From an uncultured Candidatus Saccharibacteria bacterium (GTDB taxonomy: Bacteria; Patescibacteriota; Doudnabacteria; UBA920), in assembly GCA_964600695.1 (NCBI GenBank), contig CAZRKK010000001.1, positions 63,043 through 127,042 on the forward strand: 64,000 nt of DNA, read 5' to 3'. The notes beneath the pieces are model-generated. The model saw only the letters and a program-made list of their open reading frames with translations. It did not search any database and was not told where the DNA came from. How positions within the stretch are numbered: the stretch's first letter is position 1; each line of letters starts with the position of its first letter. A program made the position numbers and the translations under genes. Below, in pieces: positions 16,895-25,247 of the stretch.

Positions 16895-17839
16895 ATGACT
16901 GAACAAATCGCGCCTGATATGACAGGCAAAATTAGTGTTGTTGACTATTTACCGTTTGAACAAAGACTGCCAGATAATCAGTATCAAAAGCTACTTTTGA
17001 ATATTAGTTGGAACGGTGAAAATTCTGAATCATTCCATGCTGAGAAATCTAAATCTCTTATGGCTCCGAACCCGTTACGCTATAATTTACGGAATGGGAT
17101 ACCTCTCGGAACAGAACGAAGCATGAAGCAAATTGGCATGTCTGCTGTTGCAGAAATTTTAGAATTTGCTAAAGGTGCAACTACCCAAGATGAATTAGTC
17201 GCTGGGGGAGTAAGCCCACGCTTCTGGGGTGACTTTGTCACTGCAAAAAAATGCGCAGACTTTGGTCTCGAAGCAGGGGACTTAGGACCTGGTTCTTACG
17301 GTGGCGCTTTTGGACATTTTCCAACAGCAGAAGGAAAAGAAGTGAATCAGTTCAAAAATGTGATCGCACAAATCAAAAGAGCTCCACATTTAAGAACACA
17401 CTTTATATCTCCGTGGATTCCACAATACTGTGTCTCTGGAGAAAACGCAGAACGTAAAGTAGTGGTTGCACCATGTCATGGTTGGGTTCACATCCGCGTG
17501 ATGAACAACGAACTTCATCTGCATATGTTCCAAAGGTCGGGTGATGTACCAATCGGAGTACCATCGAATATTTTTCAATACTCAATTCTCACTCTAGCCT
17601 TAGCCTATGTTCTGGACATGAAAGCTTCTCACTACTATCACTCCTTTTCTGACGCTCACTTTTATGAAAATCAAACGGAAGCGATTGCAGAAATAGTAAG
17701 CAGAATCCCGACTCGATTTCCAACTGTCTACTTAAGTAAAGATACTCCGAAAGATTTATTTCAAATCAGACCGGAACACTTCATTATAGAAGACTATCAC
17801 CCAAATCCCGCCATCAAAGGCATACCGGTGGCAATATAG
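16895..17839 (+). CDS. thyA: thymidylate synthase family protein (ThyA-like, divergent N-terminus)
   Basis: The C-terminal half aligns convincingly with E. coli ThyA. Matching stretches are VVAPCHGWVHIRV (catalytic Cys), QRSGDVPIGVPSNIFQYSILTLALA, SDAHFYENQ, and a tail ending HPNPAIKGIPVAI that parallels DPHPGIKAPVAI. The DRTGTGT motif and the ELLWFL folate-site Trp residues are not conserved. A GGAGG RBS precedes the ATG at 16895. Confidence 0.75.
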   Translation: MTEQIAPDMTGKISVVDYLPFEQRLPDNQYQKLLLNISWNGENSESFHAEKSKSLMAPNPLRYNLRNGIPLGTERSMKQIGMSAVAEILEFAKGATTQDELVAGGVSPRFWGDFVTAKKCADFGLEAGDLGPGSYGGAFGHFPTAEGKEVNQFKNVIAQIKRAPHLRTHFISPWIPQYCVSGENAERKVVVAPCHGWVHIRVMNNELHLHMFQRSGDVPIGVPSNIFQYSILTLALAYVLDMKASHYYHSFSDAHFYENQTEAIAEIVSRIPTRFPTVYLSKDTPKDLFQIRPEHFIIEDYHPNPAIKGIPVAI

Positions 17840-17861
17840 GGGCGGAACAACAGGAGAAGAA

Positions 17862-18341
17862 ATGGATACTAAAGAAACTGAACCTGTAGATGTAAACAAC
17901 GCGTTTACCCCAGAATACAAAAAAGTTCTTGAAGAGATCAACAAGGATGGAGCTTGCCCAGCACCTTTCTGTCTCGAGACAGCTCCGTATCATAAACATC
18001 CTAGAGTCTTTAGCTTTGTATATTGGAAAGTTACTAGAAATAGTTTCAACTACCAAAACGCCAAGCATGCCTTTCTAATTGTTTTAAATAGACATGAAGA
18101 AGACTTCATGAATATCAAACCAGAGGAGTGGGCCGATCTGGGATTTGCGATTCGCACTTTGGTATATTACTTCAAACTCGAAGGCTACACCTTAGTCTGG
18201 AGAATGGGGGAGAAGTCTCACACCGGAGCTAGCGTCAGCCATCTTCATGCTCACCTAATCTGTGGCGGCCCAAGACCAGACAAGGCCCCTCAAGACATGG
18301 ACGAGTCAGAAGTAATTAAAGCACTTGTTGGGTTTGCATAA
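17862..18341 (+). CDS. HIT-family nucleotide hydrolase (Hint-like)
   Basis: An N-terminal CPAPFC zinc-knuckle-like motif, the HAFLIVLNRHEE stretch, and the histidine triad HLHAHLICGG. Confidence 0.75.
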   Translation: MDTKETEPVDVNNAFTPEYKKVLEEINKDGACPAPFCLETAPYHKHPRVFSFVYWKVTRNSFNYQNAKHAFLIVLNRHEEDFMNIKPEEWADLGFAIRTLVYYFKLEGYTLVWRMGEKSHTGASVSHLHAHLICGGPRPDKAPQDMDESEVIKALVGFA

Positions 18342-18401
18342 AATCAAACCTATATAAACAAATACCCGTGTAATCATGATTAATGATTTACACGGGTTCT
18401 T

Positions 18402-19232
18402 TTATTTAACTTGGATAATCTCTATGCCATGTTTTCGAAAAGTTTCTTGGGCCTCTAGAGCAGAGTATCCTTCTGAGTAGTAAACTTTAGCAATGCCGGC
18501 TGTTGCCACATCGTAAGCACAGCCTGGGCATGGAAAAGTTGATACATAGATAGAAGCACCTTTTGTCGAAACGCCATTGGCAGCTGCTCTGGAGATTAAA
18601 ACTTTCTCAGCATGATGAGCACTAGATATTTCTAAGTGCTCTCCTGGTTGAAAATTATTTCTTGGGTCACCCAAAGCATACAGACTTTGTTGAGCTGGCA
18701 TATGCTTGTTATAAGCAACATCCAGAACCTTTCCGTCTTTTACCAAAACTACACCAACTTGTCGCCACCAATCCGGACTCTTTTGGGCAGTGGATTTTGC
18801 TAAGGCCATAAATTCAAAATCTAATTGCTCCAGATCTATTTGACGATCCGATTCAACAGGATTCTGACTAAAGGTCTTAGGCATATCGTACCGTAAGAAG
18901 ACAGACTCAAAAGTTATATTCCGAGTAGAGAAGTACTTTTCGGCTACATGCCTACAAATATCTTCGTCTGGCATGGTGATCTTATACCCTCGATCAAGTT
19001 GCTGTAAGCGCTGTTGGCCAACTACAGCCACCTTAGAGAATATTTGCAATGAAGATATAACAGTCCTCATAAGATTCGGGTCGAGTGCTCGAATCTCGCG
19101 AGTTAGCTGTTCAAGCTCACCGTAGACATCGCTATCCAATAAATATAATTTACTTCGGCGATGCCTGTTAAAAAAATTTATATACCCAGAGTGGAGGATT
19201 GGTACAAAGGCAACGACAATTTTATTGTTCAT
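18402..19232 (-). CDS. deoxycytidylate/cytidine deaminase domain protein with N-terminal extension of unknown function
   Basis: The C-terminal part carries zinc-ligand motifs HAEKVLI and STFPCPGCAYDVATAGIAKVYY, like dCMP deaminase/ComEB. The N-terminal approximately 130 aa are unassigned. Confidence 0.65.
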   Translation of the reverse strand: MNNKIVVAFVPILHSGYINFFNRHRRSKLYLLDSDVYGELEQLTREIRALDPNLMRTVISSLQIFSKVAVVGQQRLQQLDRGYKITMPDEDICRHVAEKYFSTRNITFESVFLRYDMPKTFSQNPVESDRQIDLEQLDFEFMALAKSTAQKSPDWWRQVGVVLVKDGKVLDVAYNKHMPAQQSLYALGDPRNNFQPGEHLEISSAHHAEKVLISRAAANGVSTKGASIYVSTFPCPGCAYDVATAGIAKVYYSEGYSALEAQETFRKHGIEIIQVK

Positions 19233-19834
19233 AGCTTTGATTCAATCTCATCAAAGGTTGAATTAACAACCTTGAGGATTTTCTCCCGTGATTTTTGAGT
19301 ACCCTTGATCATCAGATCTCGAACTCGAGCTGTGGTAGAAATTTTGTCAGGCGGTGCTTGGGGCTCCAAGAATATAATCTCCGCAGAATATTTTTTGTAC
19401 TCCGTAAGATTGTCTGGATTCATGTCTTTAGTAGACTTAGAAAACACCAACTTGTCTGGCTGAACAGCCTTAAGGACAGAAATAAAATCTTCACCGACAG
19501 AAGTGACAATATCAACCGCTCGTAAGTACGAAAGTATTCTCGAACGTTCCTCGAATGGGACAATTGGACGATCAATATCATCCGTTGCTTTGCGGCTCCT
19601 AGTAAGTTCGTCTGTATCAGAACCAACTATTAGTAAGTCGACACCATCCTTGGCTTTTTCTATATAAGCCATATGGCCGAGGTGGATCAAATCCCAAACG
19701 CCGCTGACAAAACCAACTTTAGCTTTCGGATGCAACTTTCGATATATTGCTAGGAAGTCTGCCAAGACCGTATAGTCCGCTATAAACCTTTCCTCGTAAC
19801 AAGATTGACTGGTATCGAATATGCCATTCAACAT
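19229..19834 (-). CDS. cytidylyltransferase-like nucleotidyltransferase (HxGH)
   Basis: GFVSGVWDLIHLGHMAY is the (T/H)xGH Rossmann nucleotidyltransferase motif found in TagD, RfaE-II and PPAT-like enzymes. It overlaps the downstream deaminase gene by 4 nt. Confidence 0.6.
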   Translation of the reverse strand: MLNGIFDTSQSCYEERFIADYTVLADFLAIYRKLHPKAKVGFVSGVWDLIHLGHMAYIEKAKDGVDLLIVGSDTDELTRSRKATDDIDRPIVPFEERSRILSYLRAVDIVTSVGEDFISVLKAVQPDKLVFSKSTKDMNPDNLTEYKKYSAEIIFLEPQAPPDKISTTARVRDLMIKGTQKSREKILKVVNSTFDEIESKL

Positions 19835-20394
19835 AGCTTCTAATTCCTCCTTAGAATAAACTTATATCTATACTAACTGACTACTATGATCAGTACAAGA
19901 GGCAATAATACTTTTTATATCTAACGAACGTTTATTATGGCATAGGTAAATATTAAGAGAATTATGAATACATATTAAATAGAAAAGAATAGAAAGATAC
20001 AGTAGAGAGTGGCAGGCAGTTAAAGGGAATAGTAAAGAACAATTACAATTAATTTCAAAACATCAAAATATACAAGGGGATATAAGCTTTTGAGATTGAT
20101 ACCGCGTCGCACAATGTATCTTATGCGACATGGTATACCATAGAAACCTTTTGATTGGTCTTAAGTAATGTTTAGATTCCATCCTAGAAAAGAAAAATTT
20201 TAAATTGGATTTCTATATCTACTTATATACAAATCTTTTAATCTGCCGGGCAAATTCTCTACTTTGAACTATTTAATAATTAAGTATTCGCAAACTAATT
20301 CTTATTTAAATGGTTTCTCCTTTATTCTCTATCCCCTAACTTCTATAGTATCCACTTTTTATGATTGACGATCGAAGATATATCCCCTAATATA

Positions 20395-20425
20395 AAACCC
20401 CTTCACAGGATACTCGAAGGGGTTT
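20395..20425 (-). terminator. hairpin AAACCCCTTC...GAAGGGGTTT downstream of gene 20444-21529
   Basis: Perfect 10-bp stem about 20 nt after the stop codon on the minus strand. Confidence 0.5.
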
Positions 20426-20443
20426 AAATATATATTATTAAAT

Positions 20444-21529
20444 TTATTTATAGGTGTTGATGTGTATATGGGCACCGGTTCCGAAAGTGGTGGATTTGGC
20501 GGGACCACATTCCGTTGCCTGGCTAGAAGCTTCATTTAAGAAGCTTGTAATACCAACGGCTTTTAAGGCCTTACAGTAATTATTAAAGTTTTGTACATTT
20601 TTATCAGCAGGACTTATATCAAAACATCTCCCATTAAAATGACATGTGCTTGAATGCATTGATGTTGGAGGATACGCTTCTGTTACTCGTAGTGCTGGCC
20701 CACCATTTTTATCCAAGTAAGCTTTAAGGGCTTTCATTTTTTCAACTACCGAAGGATCGGCATAACTGTTATTCTTGAATGTTGCCCCACTAGACTTCAA
20801 GTCCGCTAAAGGTGGTGAAAATGTACTTGGTGCCGGACAAGCTTTCCCCAAACATTTACCCCCAGGCGGTAATTTTCCTGGATCACCAGTACTTACAGCT
20901 CCACCATTACCAGTACTTACTCCAAACTTACCTGGCTCAATCAAACACTCTTGGCCGAATCCTACCTGTTCGCAACTTGGTAAATCTGCTGCATCAAATA
21001 TCGGTGGTTGAATAGGTTTAAATGCAACCAATGATGGGTTAATAAAATTTAACAAAACATAACTACCGAGCAAGATTGCCATTCCTGTCAGTGAATTTTT
21101 TATATAACCCTTAGCTTTAGTTTTTCCAGATTCGTCTGAGGTTATATAAATGTATCCGGCGTAAATGATTAAGAATACAAGCACCAAAGCTCCTGCTGAT
21201 ATTCCAAATCTATATAGTCGATTAACACACCTTTCTAAATCATGACCATCAGCTGGCTGACTTGGAGTACATAAGTAATCTTGGATACTTCTATCGACCC
21301 CAGCGTTATAGACCGGTAATTCTGTGGGTGTTTGAGCTGGAGGTGTGGTTGTAGCACTATTAGGTTTTGGTGATGTAGTAGCTGGTTTGGTTGCGGGTTC
21401 ATTTACACCAGGAATCGGTAATTGCAATGGTGCACCAATTGGATTTGTTTGAGCGTAAACCAATAATGGACTCGCTGCCAGAGCAACAAAGCCTAAAACA
21501 ACAATAAGTTTTGAAATTTTATTTAGCAA
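20444..21529 (-). CDS. secreted protein: signal peptide + Pro/Thr-rich linker + two-TM pilin-like hairpin + C-terminal LAS/M15-like zinc peptidase domain
   Basis: Signal peptide (MLNKISKLIVVLGFVALAASPLLVYA), then conserved LPVYNAGVDRSIQDYLCTP...RLYRFGISAGALVLVFLIIYAGYIYI...LTGMAILLGSYVLLNFINP. The C-terminal domain carries H-x6-D (HFNGRCFD) and HxH (GAHIH) zinc-ligand motifs. Confidence 0.55.
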   Translation of the reverse strand: MLNKISKLIVVLGFVALAASPLLVYAQTNPIGAPLQLPIPGVNEPATKPATTSPKPNSATTTPPAQTPTELPVYNAGVDRSIQDYLCTPSQPADGHDLERCVNRLYRFGISAGALVLVFLIIYAGYIYITSDESGKTKAKGYIKNSLTGMAILLGSYVLLNFINPSLVAFKPIQPPIFDAADLPSCEQVGFGQECLIEPGKFGVSTGNGGAVSTGDPGKLPPGGKCLGKACPAPSTFSPPLADLKSSGATFKNNSYADPSVVEKMKALKAYLDKNGGPALRVTEAYPPTSMHSSTCHFNGRCFDISPADKNVQNFNNYCKALKAVGITSFLNEASSQATECGPAKSTTFGTGAHIHINTYK

Positions 21530-22256
21530 GTTCGGATTCGATTATTTGTTTAAAACTTTGCCAGTCAAATACCTGATTAATCTTTAGACCATTAATAAAT
21601 ACGGTTGGTGTAGAATCTACACCATACGAAGTTCCACTATTAACAGATTCTTCTATTTGAGCCTTATATATTCTTTGATCAAAACAGTTATCAAAAGCCT
21701 TAGTGTCTAAACCTAAATCTTTGGCAAACTTCTTTAAGTTAATATCACTGAACGCACCGTTATTTTCTTGATTTTGATTTTTGAAAACGTAATCATGATA
21801 ATCCCAAAATTTGTTTTGATCTTTTGAACACAATGCAGCTTCTGCGGCCTTAAATGATTCTTCACCTAAGAAAGGGTAATCCCAGTAAACAAACCTAATC
21901 TTACCTTGGTCAATATATTCTTCCTTTAATTTTGGGAAGATTGTTTTTTGCCATTCGCCACAGTACGGACATTGGAAATCAGCGAATTCAACAATAGTAA
22001 CTTTTGATTCCCTACTCCCCTGTTGCGGTTTATTTTCTGGAATTTGAATATCAACAGGATTATTTACCACAGGATCAACAAGATTAGTATTTTGAGTAAT
22101 ATTTTGTTTTGCAATTTCTCTAGAAATTAACCACCCTGCCCCTAAAATACTCATCGCGATTAACCAAGCAGACAAAAGCGCAGTTAATATCCATGGTGAA
22201 TAGCTTGTAGTCTTAGTGATTTTTATATTTTCCTGCGGGTTAAATTCTTCTGACAT
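21519..22256 (-). CDS. DsbA-family thiol:disulfide oxidoreductase, membrane-anchored
   Basis: An N-terminal TM segment and a thioredoxin fold with active site FQCPYCGEW. Confidence 0.8.
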   Translation of the reverse strand: MSEEFNPQENIKITKTTSYSPWILTALLSAWLIAMSILGAGWLISREIAKQNITQNTNLVDPVVNNPVDIQIPENKPQQGSRESKVTIVEFADFQCPYCGEWQKTIFPKLKEEYIDQGKIRFVYWDYPFLGEESFKAAEAALCSKDQNKFWDYHDYVFKNQNQENNGAFSDINLKKFAKDLGLDTKAFDNCFDQRIYKAQIEESVNSGTSYGVDSTPTVFINGLKINQVFDWQSFKQIIESELAK

Positions 22257-22257
22257 A

Positions 22258-22716
22258 TTATTTACAAAAACTTAATGAAAAAACTTCTCCGGACAGCTTG
22301 GGATCAAAAGAACCACCATTTAATACTTCAACATTTAGATTACATGCTTGTTCTTCGGTCACTCCAAGTAATTTAAGGAACTCTTGCTCTGCCAATGGTT
22401 TCTTTTTAGTAAAATCTTCGAAGGTGGCTTCATTCAAAGTAATAGTAAATTTATTTCCAATCTCGTTGTAAAAGTAAGTAGCTAAATCTGTATCCCTGTT
22501 GATTGTAACCATTCCGGTAGAAGTCTCGACAGGGTTAGCATAAAAATTATTTACAGTTACTTTTGAGCTATCTTTACCATATATAGATATCTCGGTAAGA
22601 TTTTTCCCTGGGGCTGATGGTTCGGATCTAAATGCAAAATAAGCAAGTAATGAAATTATCAGCAAGACCATTAGAGAAACTACGGCAATAATAATTCTTC
22701 TATCTATTTGTTGCAT
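22258..22716 (-). CDS. hypothetical single-TM protein
   Basis: 152 aa with an N-terminal TM (IIIAVVSLMVLLIISLLAYFAF) and a beta-rich extracytoplasmic part. It is tightly packed between DsbA and the pilin-like paralog. Confidence 0.45.
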   Translation of the reverse strand: MQQIDRRIIIAVVSLMVLLIISLLAYFAFRSEPSAPGKNLTEISIYGKDSSKVTVNNFYANPVETSTGMVTINRDTDLATYFYNEIGNKFTITLNEATFEDFTKKKPLAEQEFLKLLGVTEEQACNLNVEVLNGGSFDPKLSGEVFSLSFCK

Positions 22717-23846
22717 GTTTTTGATGTTAATTTGCTTCTAGTTGACCATGGTTGCCAACATTGTTTTTTCCAAGCACTACAAGCCGAATTAATATTTCCT
22801 TCTTTGCTCTTAAGTAAATTTAAGCACTTGTTAAGAGCATCCATACCACTCGGAGCGGTACACTTTCTTTTTGGACAATACTTCATACCATTACTCAGTA
22901 CTTTGATTGGCACCATACAAAATGCAGGATCAGACGCGCCCCCATATGTTAGTACATTTTTACATTCAGGAACACCGTTATCACCTGCTAATGCTGGGGA
23001 CATTTGAAATAAACCCATAGTGATTGGAACCGTGATCTGCGTAGTTGTACCTGTTTTGGAATCAGTAACTTGCCCACAAGGATCAGCTTTCCCTTCAATC
23101 CCTGTATTACCCCCACTTTCTGCCTTACAAATAGTTAATGCCTCGTTTACATTCCAAGAACAACTTTTTAAGTTAGCTTCTGTACATTGTCCGGTTTCAC
23201 CACCACCACCTCCAGCATTATAGACTTGACCGGCACTGCTTCCGCTGGTTATAAGACAGTTTTCAGAAAAACCAATTACTTCACAACTTGGTAAATCGGC
23301 AGCATTAAAAATTGGAGGTTGAATGGTTTTTATTTGAACTAAACTTGGATTGATAAAATTCAACAAGATAAAACTTCCTAACATGATTCCCATGCCAGTA
23401 AATGCAGCGTACAGAGTTTGCTTGGCTTTGGTCTTCGAAGCTTCCCCTCCAGTTATGTAAATATATCCAGCGTAGATTATAAAAAACACGACCATAATCG
23501 CTCCGGCAGAAATTCCAAAGCGATATAATCTATCTACGCAATCATATAAATCTGTGCCTGTGCCAGTTGGAGTACATAAATAATCTTGGATACTTCTATC
23601 TACCCCAGCATTATACACAGGGAGTTCGGTTGGGGCTTGCTTAGTCACATCAATTGCGTCAGGTACCAAAGGCTTTGAGGCTGGAGTCGTAGCTGGTTCA
23701 TTTACACCTGGAATCGGTAATTGCAAAGGCCCACCGATTGGATTAGGCTGGGCTTGGACTTGTGTAGGAGACAGAAAAACAAACAGTTGCATCAAAACCA
23801 CAACACTTAAAAATGCAATCTGAATTTTGTTTGACCAGTTTTTCAT
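22704..23846 (-). CDS. paralog of 20444-21529: signal peptide + two-TM pilin-like hairpin + Cys-rich C-terminal lysozyme/SLT-like domain
   Basis: It shares the LPVYNAGVDRSIQDYLCTP...RLYRFGISAGA...FINPSLV module with the paralog. The C-terminal domain carries ES (ICKAESGGN) and GLFQMSPA motifs and at least 14 Cys. Confidence 0.5.
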   Translation of the reverse strand: MKNWSNKIQIAFLSVVVLMQLFVFLSPTQVQAQPNPIGGPLQLPIPGVNEPATTPASKPLVPDAIDVTKQAPTELPVYNAGVDRSIQDYLCTPTGTGTDLYDCVDRLYRFGISAGAIMVVFFIIYAGYIYITGGEASKTKAKQTLYAAFTGMGIMLGSFILLNFINPSLVQIKTIQPPIFNAADLPSCEVIGFSENCLITSGSSAGQVYNAGGGGGETGQCTEANLKSCSWNVNEALTICKAESGGNTGIEGKADPCGQVTDSKTGTTTQITVPITMGLFQMSPALAGDNGVPECKNVLTYGGASDPAFCMVPIKVLSNGMKYCPKRKCTAPSGMDALNKCLNLLKSKEGNINSACSAWKKQCWQPWSTRSKLTSKTCNK

Positions 23847-23861
23847 TTTTATTTCTAAAAT

Positions 23862-25184
23862 CTAGTTACCCAAAAACGTCATTGGGTTATAAGTATATCC
23901 TGATGGCACAGAATACGAACCATAAACATTTGAATACTTACCGGCAGTCACAGTGTAGCCGTCGCAATCAAAAATACTAAAATGCAAATGATAACCTCTC
24001 TCTGGACCATATAATAAACGAGTAGTATTTCCTGTATTACCTTCGTAACCGATCAAATCCCCTTTTTCTACAGCTGTACCTTTTTTAACTTTAACCGAAC
24101 GCATGTGAGCGTAGAGGCTAACAATACAACGCTTCCCAGACTTGGTTTCGATATTATGTTTAACTGTACACCAGTTGCCGTAAGCCGCTTCGCCTGTGTC
24201 ACAATTTGCCACTGTACCATCTGCTGCTGAGTAAATTGGTTTACCTGCTGGAGCTGCTATGTCGATACCATTATGGGAATTGTAGCCAAGTGACTTAAAG
24301 CCAGTGTTACCATATCCTTGCGTTAACACACCATCCATTGGCCAAGCCAAAACACCTTTACTAACAGAAATAGATTTTTTACCACCCTTTGACTGAGCAG
24401 CAGAATCGAGATCGCTTAGTTCCTCTAAAATTTTGTACTCTTCATTTTTAGTTTGACCCAATAGGTTCTGATAATTTTTTTCTGCGCCTTTAGTTTGTGC
24501 TAGCAATTGCTCTTTAGCACCTCGTTGGCTTTCTAAGGTGTCCTGACTGATATTTAATTGCTCTTTAAGAGATTGGAGTTTTGCTAAAGAGGCCTTTAAA
24601 TCTGCTTGTTGAGTTTCTAATTTCTTTTTAATTTCTTTGATTCGAGTGACTAATGAATAGACTTGATCCTGAACGCTACGCACATACTGAACCTGATCTA
24701 GGAAACTAGAAAAATCATCTGTGCCTAAACCAATTTGCAAAAATGAACTGTTATCCAACTTAGCTAATTGAACAATTAGCTGGGAGAGGATAGTTTTGTT
24801 TTCTTCGATTTCTTCTTGGCGACGTTGAATTTGGATTTCGAGTTCATTGATCTGTAAAGTTGTGTCTTCTGTCTGAGTGTTATTAGCTTCGATTTGCAAC
24901 TCTAAAGACTTTATCTGATTATCATAAATAGAAATTTCATTTTTCAAACTAGCTGCCTGGCTTCGGGTTTGACTGATTTGAGTTTGATAATTATTGATCT
25001 GATTCTTGAGCTGATCTAGCTTTAACTGAAGACGGTCTCGTTCGTTAGCGCTAAAAACTTTTGGCACAGATGGAGCAATAAAAACAGCCGCGACAGAAAT
25101 CGCAACAGTTAAAATAGTCATACCGACTAAAACCAATTTTTTGTTGGTTTTTGTTATTTTTGTTTCGAAGTTGGAGTTACTCAT
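23862..25184 (-). CDS. M23/LytM-family peptidase with N-terminal TM and long coiled-coil (EnvC-like)
   Basis: The C-terminal part carries HNGIDIAAP, LYAHM and GNTGNTTRLLYGPERGYHLHF. Upstream is an approximately 250-aa Q/L/E-rich coiled-coil. Confidence 0.8.
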   Translation of the reverse strand: MSNSNFETKITKTNKKLVLVGMTILTVAISVAAVFIAPSVPKVFSANERDRLQLKLDQLKNQINNYQTQISQTRSQAASLKNEISIYDNQIKSLELQIEANNTQTEDTTLQINELEIQIQRRQEEIEENKTILSQLIVQLAKLDNSSFLQIGLGTDDFSSFLDQVQYVRSVQDQVYSLVTRIKEIKKKLETQQADLKASLAKLQSLKEQLNISQDTLESQRGAKEQLLAQTKGAEKNYQNLLGQTKNEEYKILEELSDLDSAAQSKGGKKSISVSKGVLAWPMDGVLTQGYGNTGFKSLGYNSHNGIDIAAPAGKPIYSAADGTVANCDTGEAAYGNWCTVKHNIETKSGKRCIVSLYAHMRSVKVKKGTAVEKGDLIGYEGNTGNTTRLLYGPERGYHLHFSIFDCDGYTVTAGKYSNVYGSYSVPSGYTYNPMTFLGN

Positions 25185-25247
25185 TAGACTAATTATACCA
25201 TAAAATAAAAGACTTTTTACCGATTTGGCGAAAGTCTTTTAAGTTAT

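Noticed and set aside
19835-20443. Possibility that the 609-bp gap encodes RNase P RNA, tmRNA, SRP RNA, 6S RNA or a tRNA
   Set aside because: I looked for P4/CR-I-like GGAAAGTCCGG, CR-V GGTGAAA...GGTGCGGTAAG, tmRNA GGGG...CCA ends, SRP GGAA/AGCAG motifs and tRNA T-loop GTTCGA(A/T)TC. None are present.
19835-20443. Possibility that the AT-rich gap is oriC
   Set aside because: Only a single weak TATCCAC-like box is present, with no cluster of DnaA boxes and no dnaA/dnaN nearby. gyrB is 19 kb away at the window edge.
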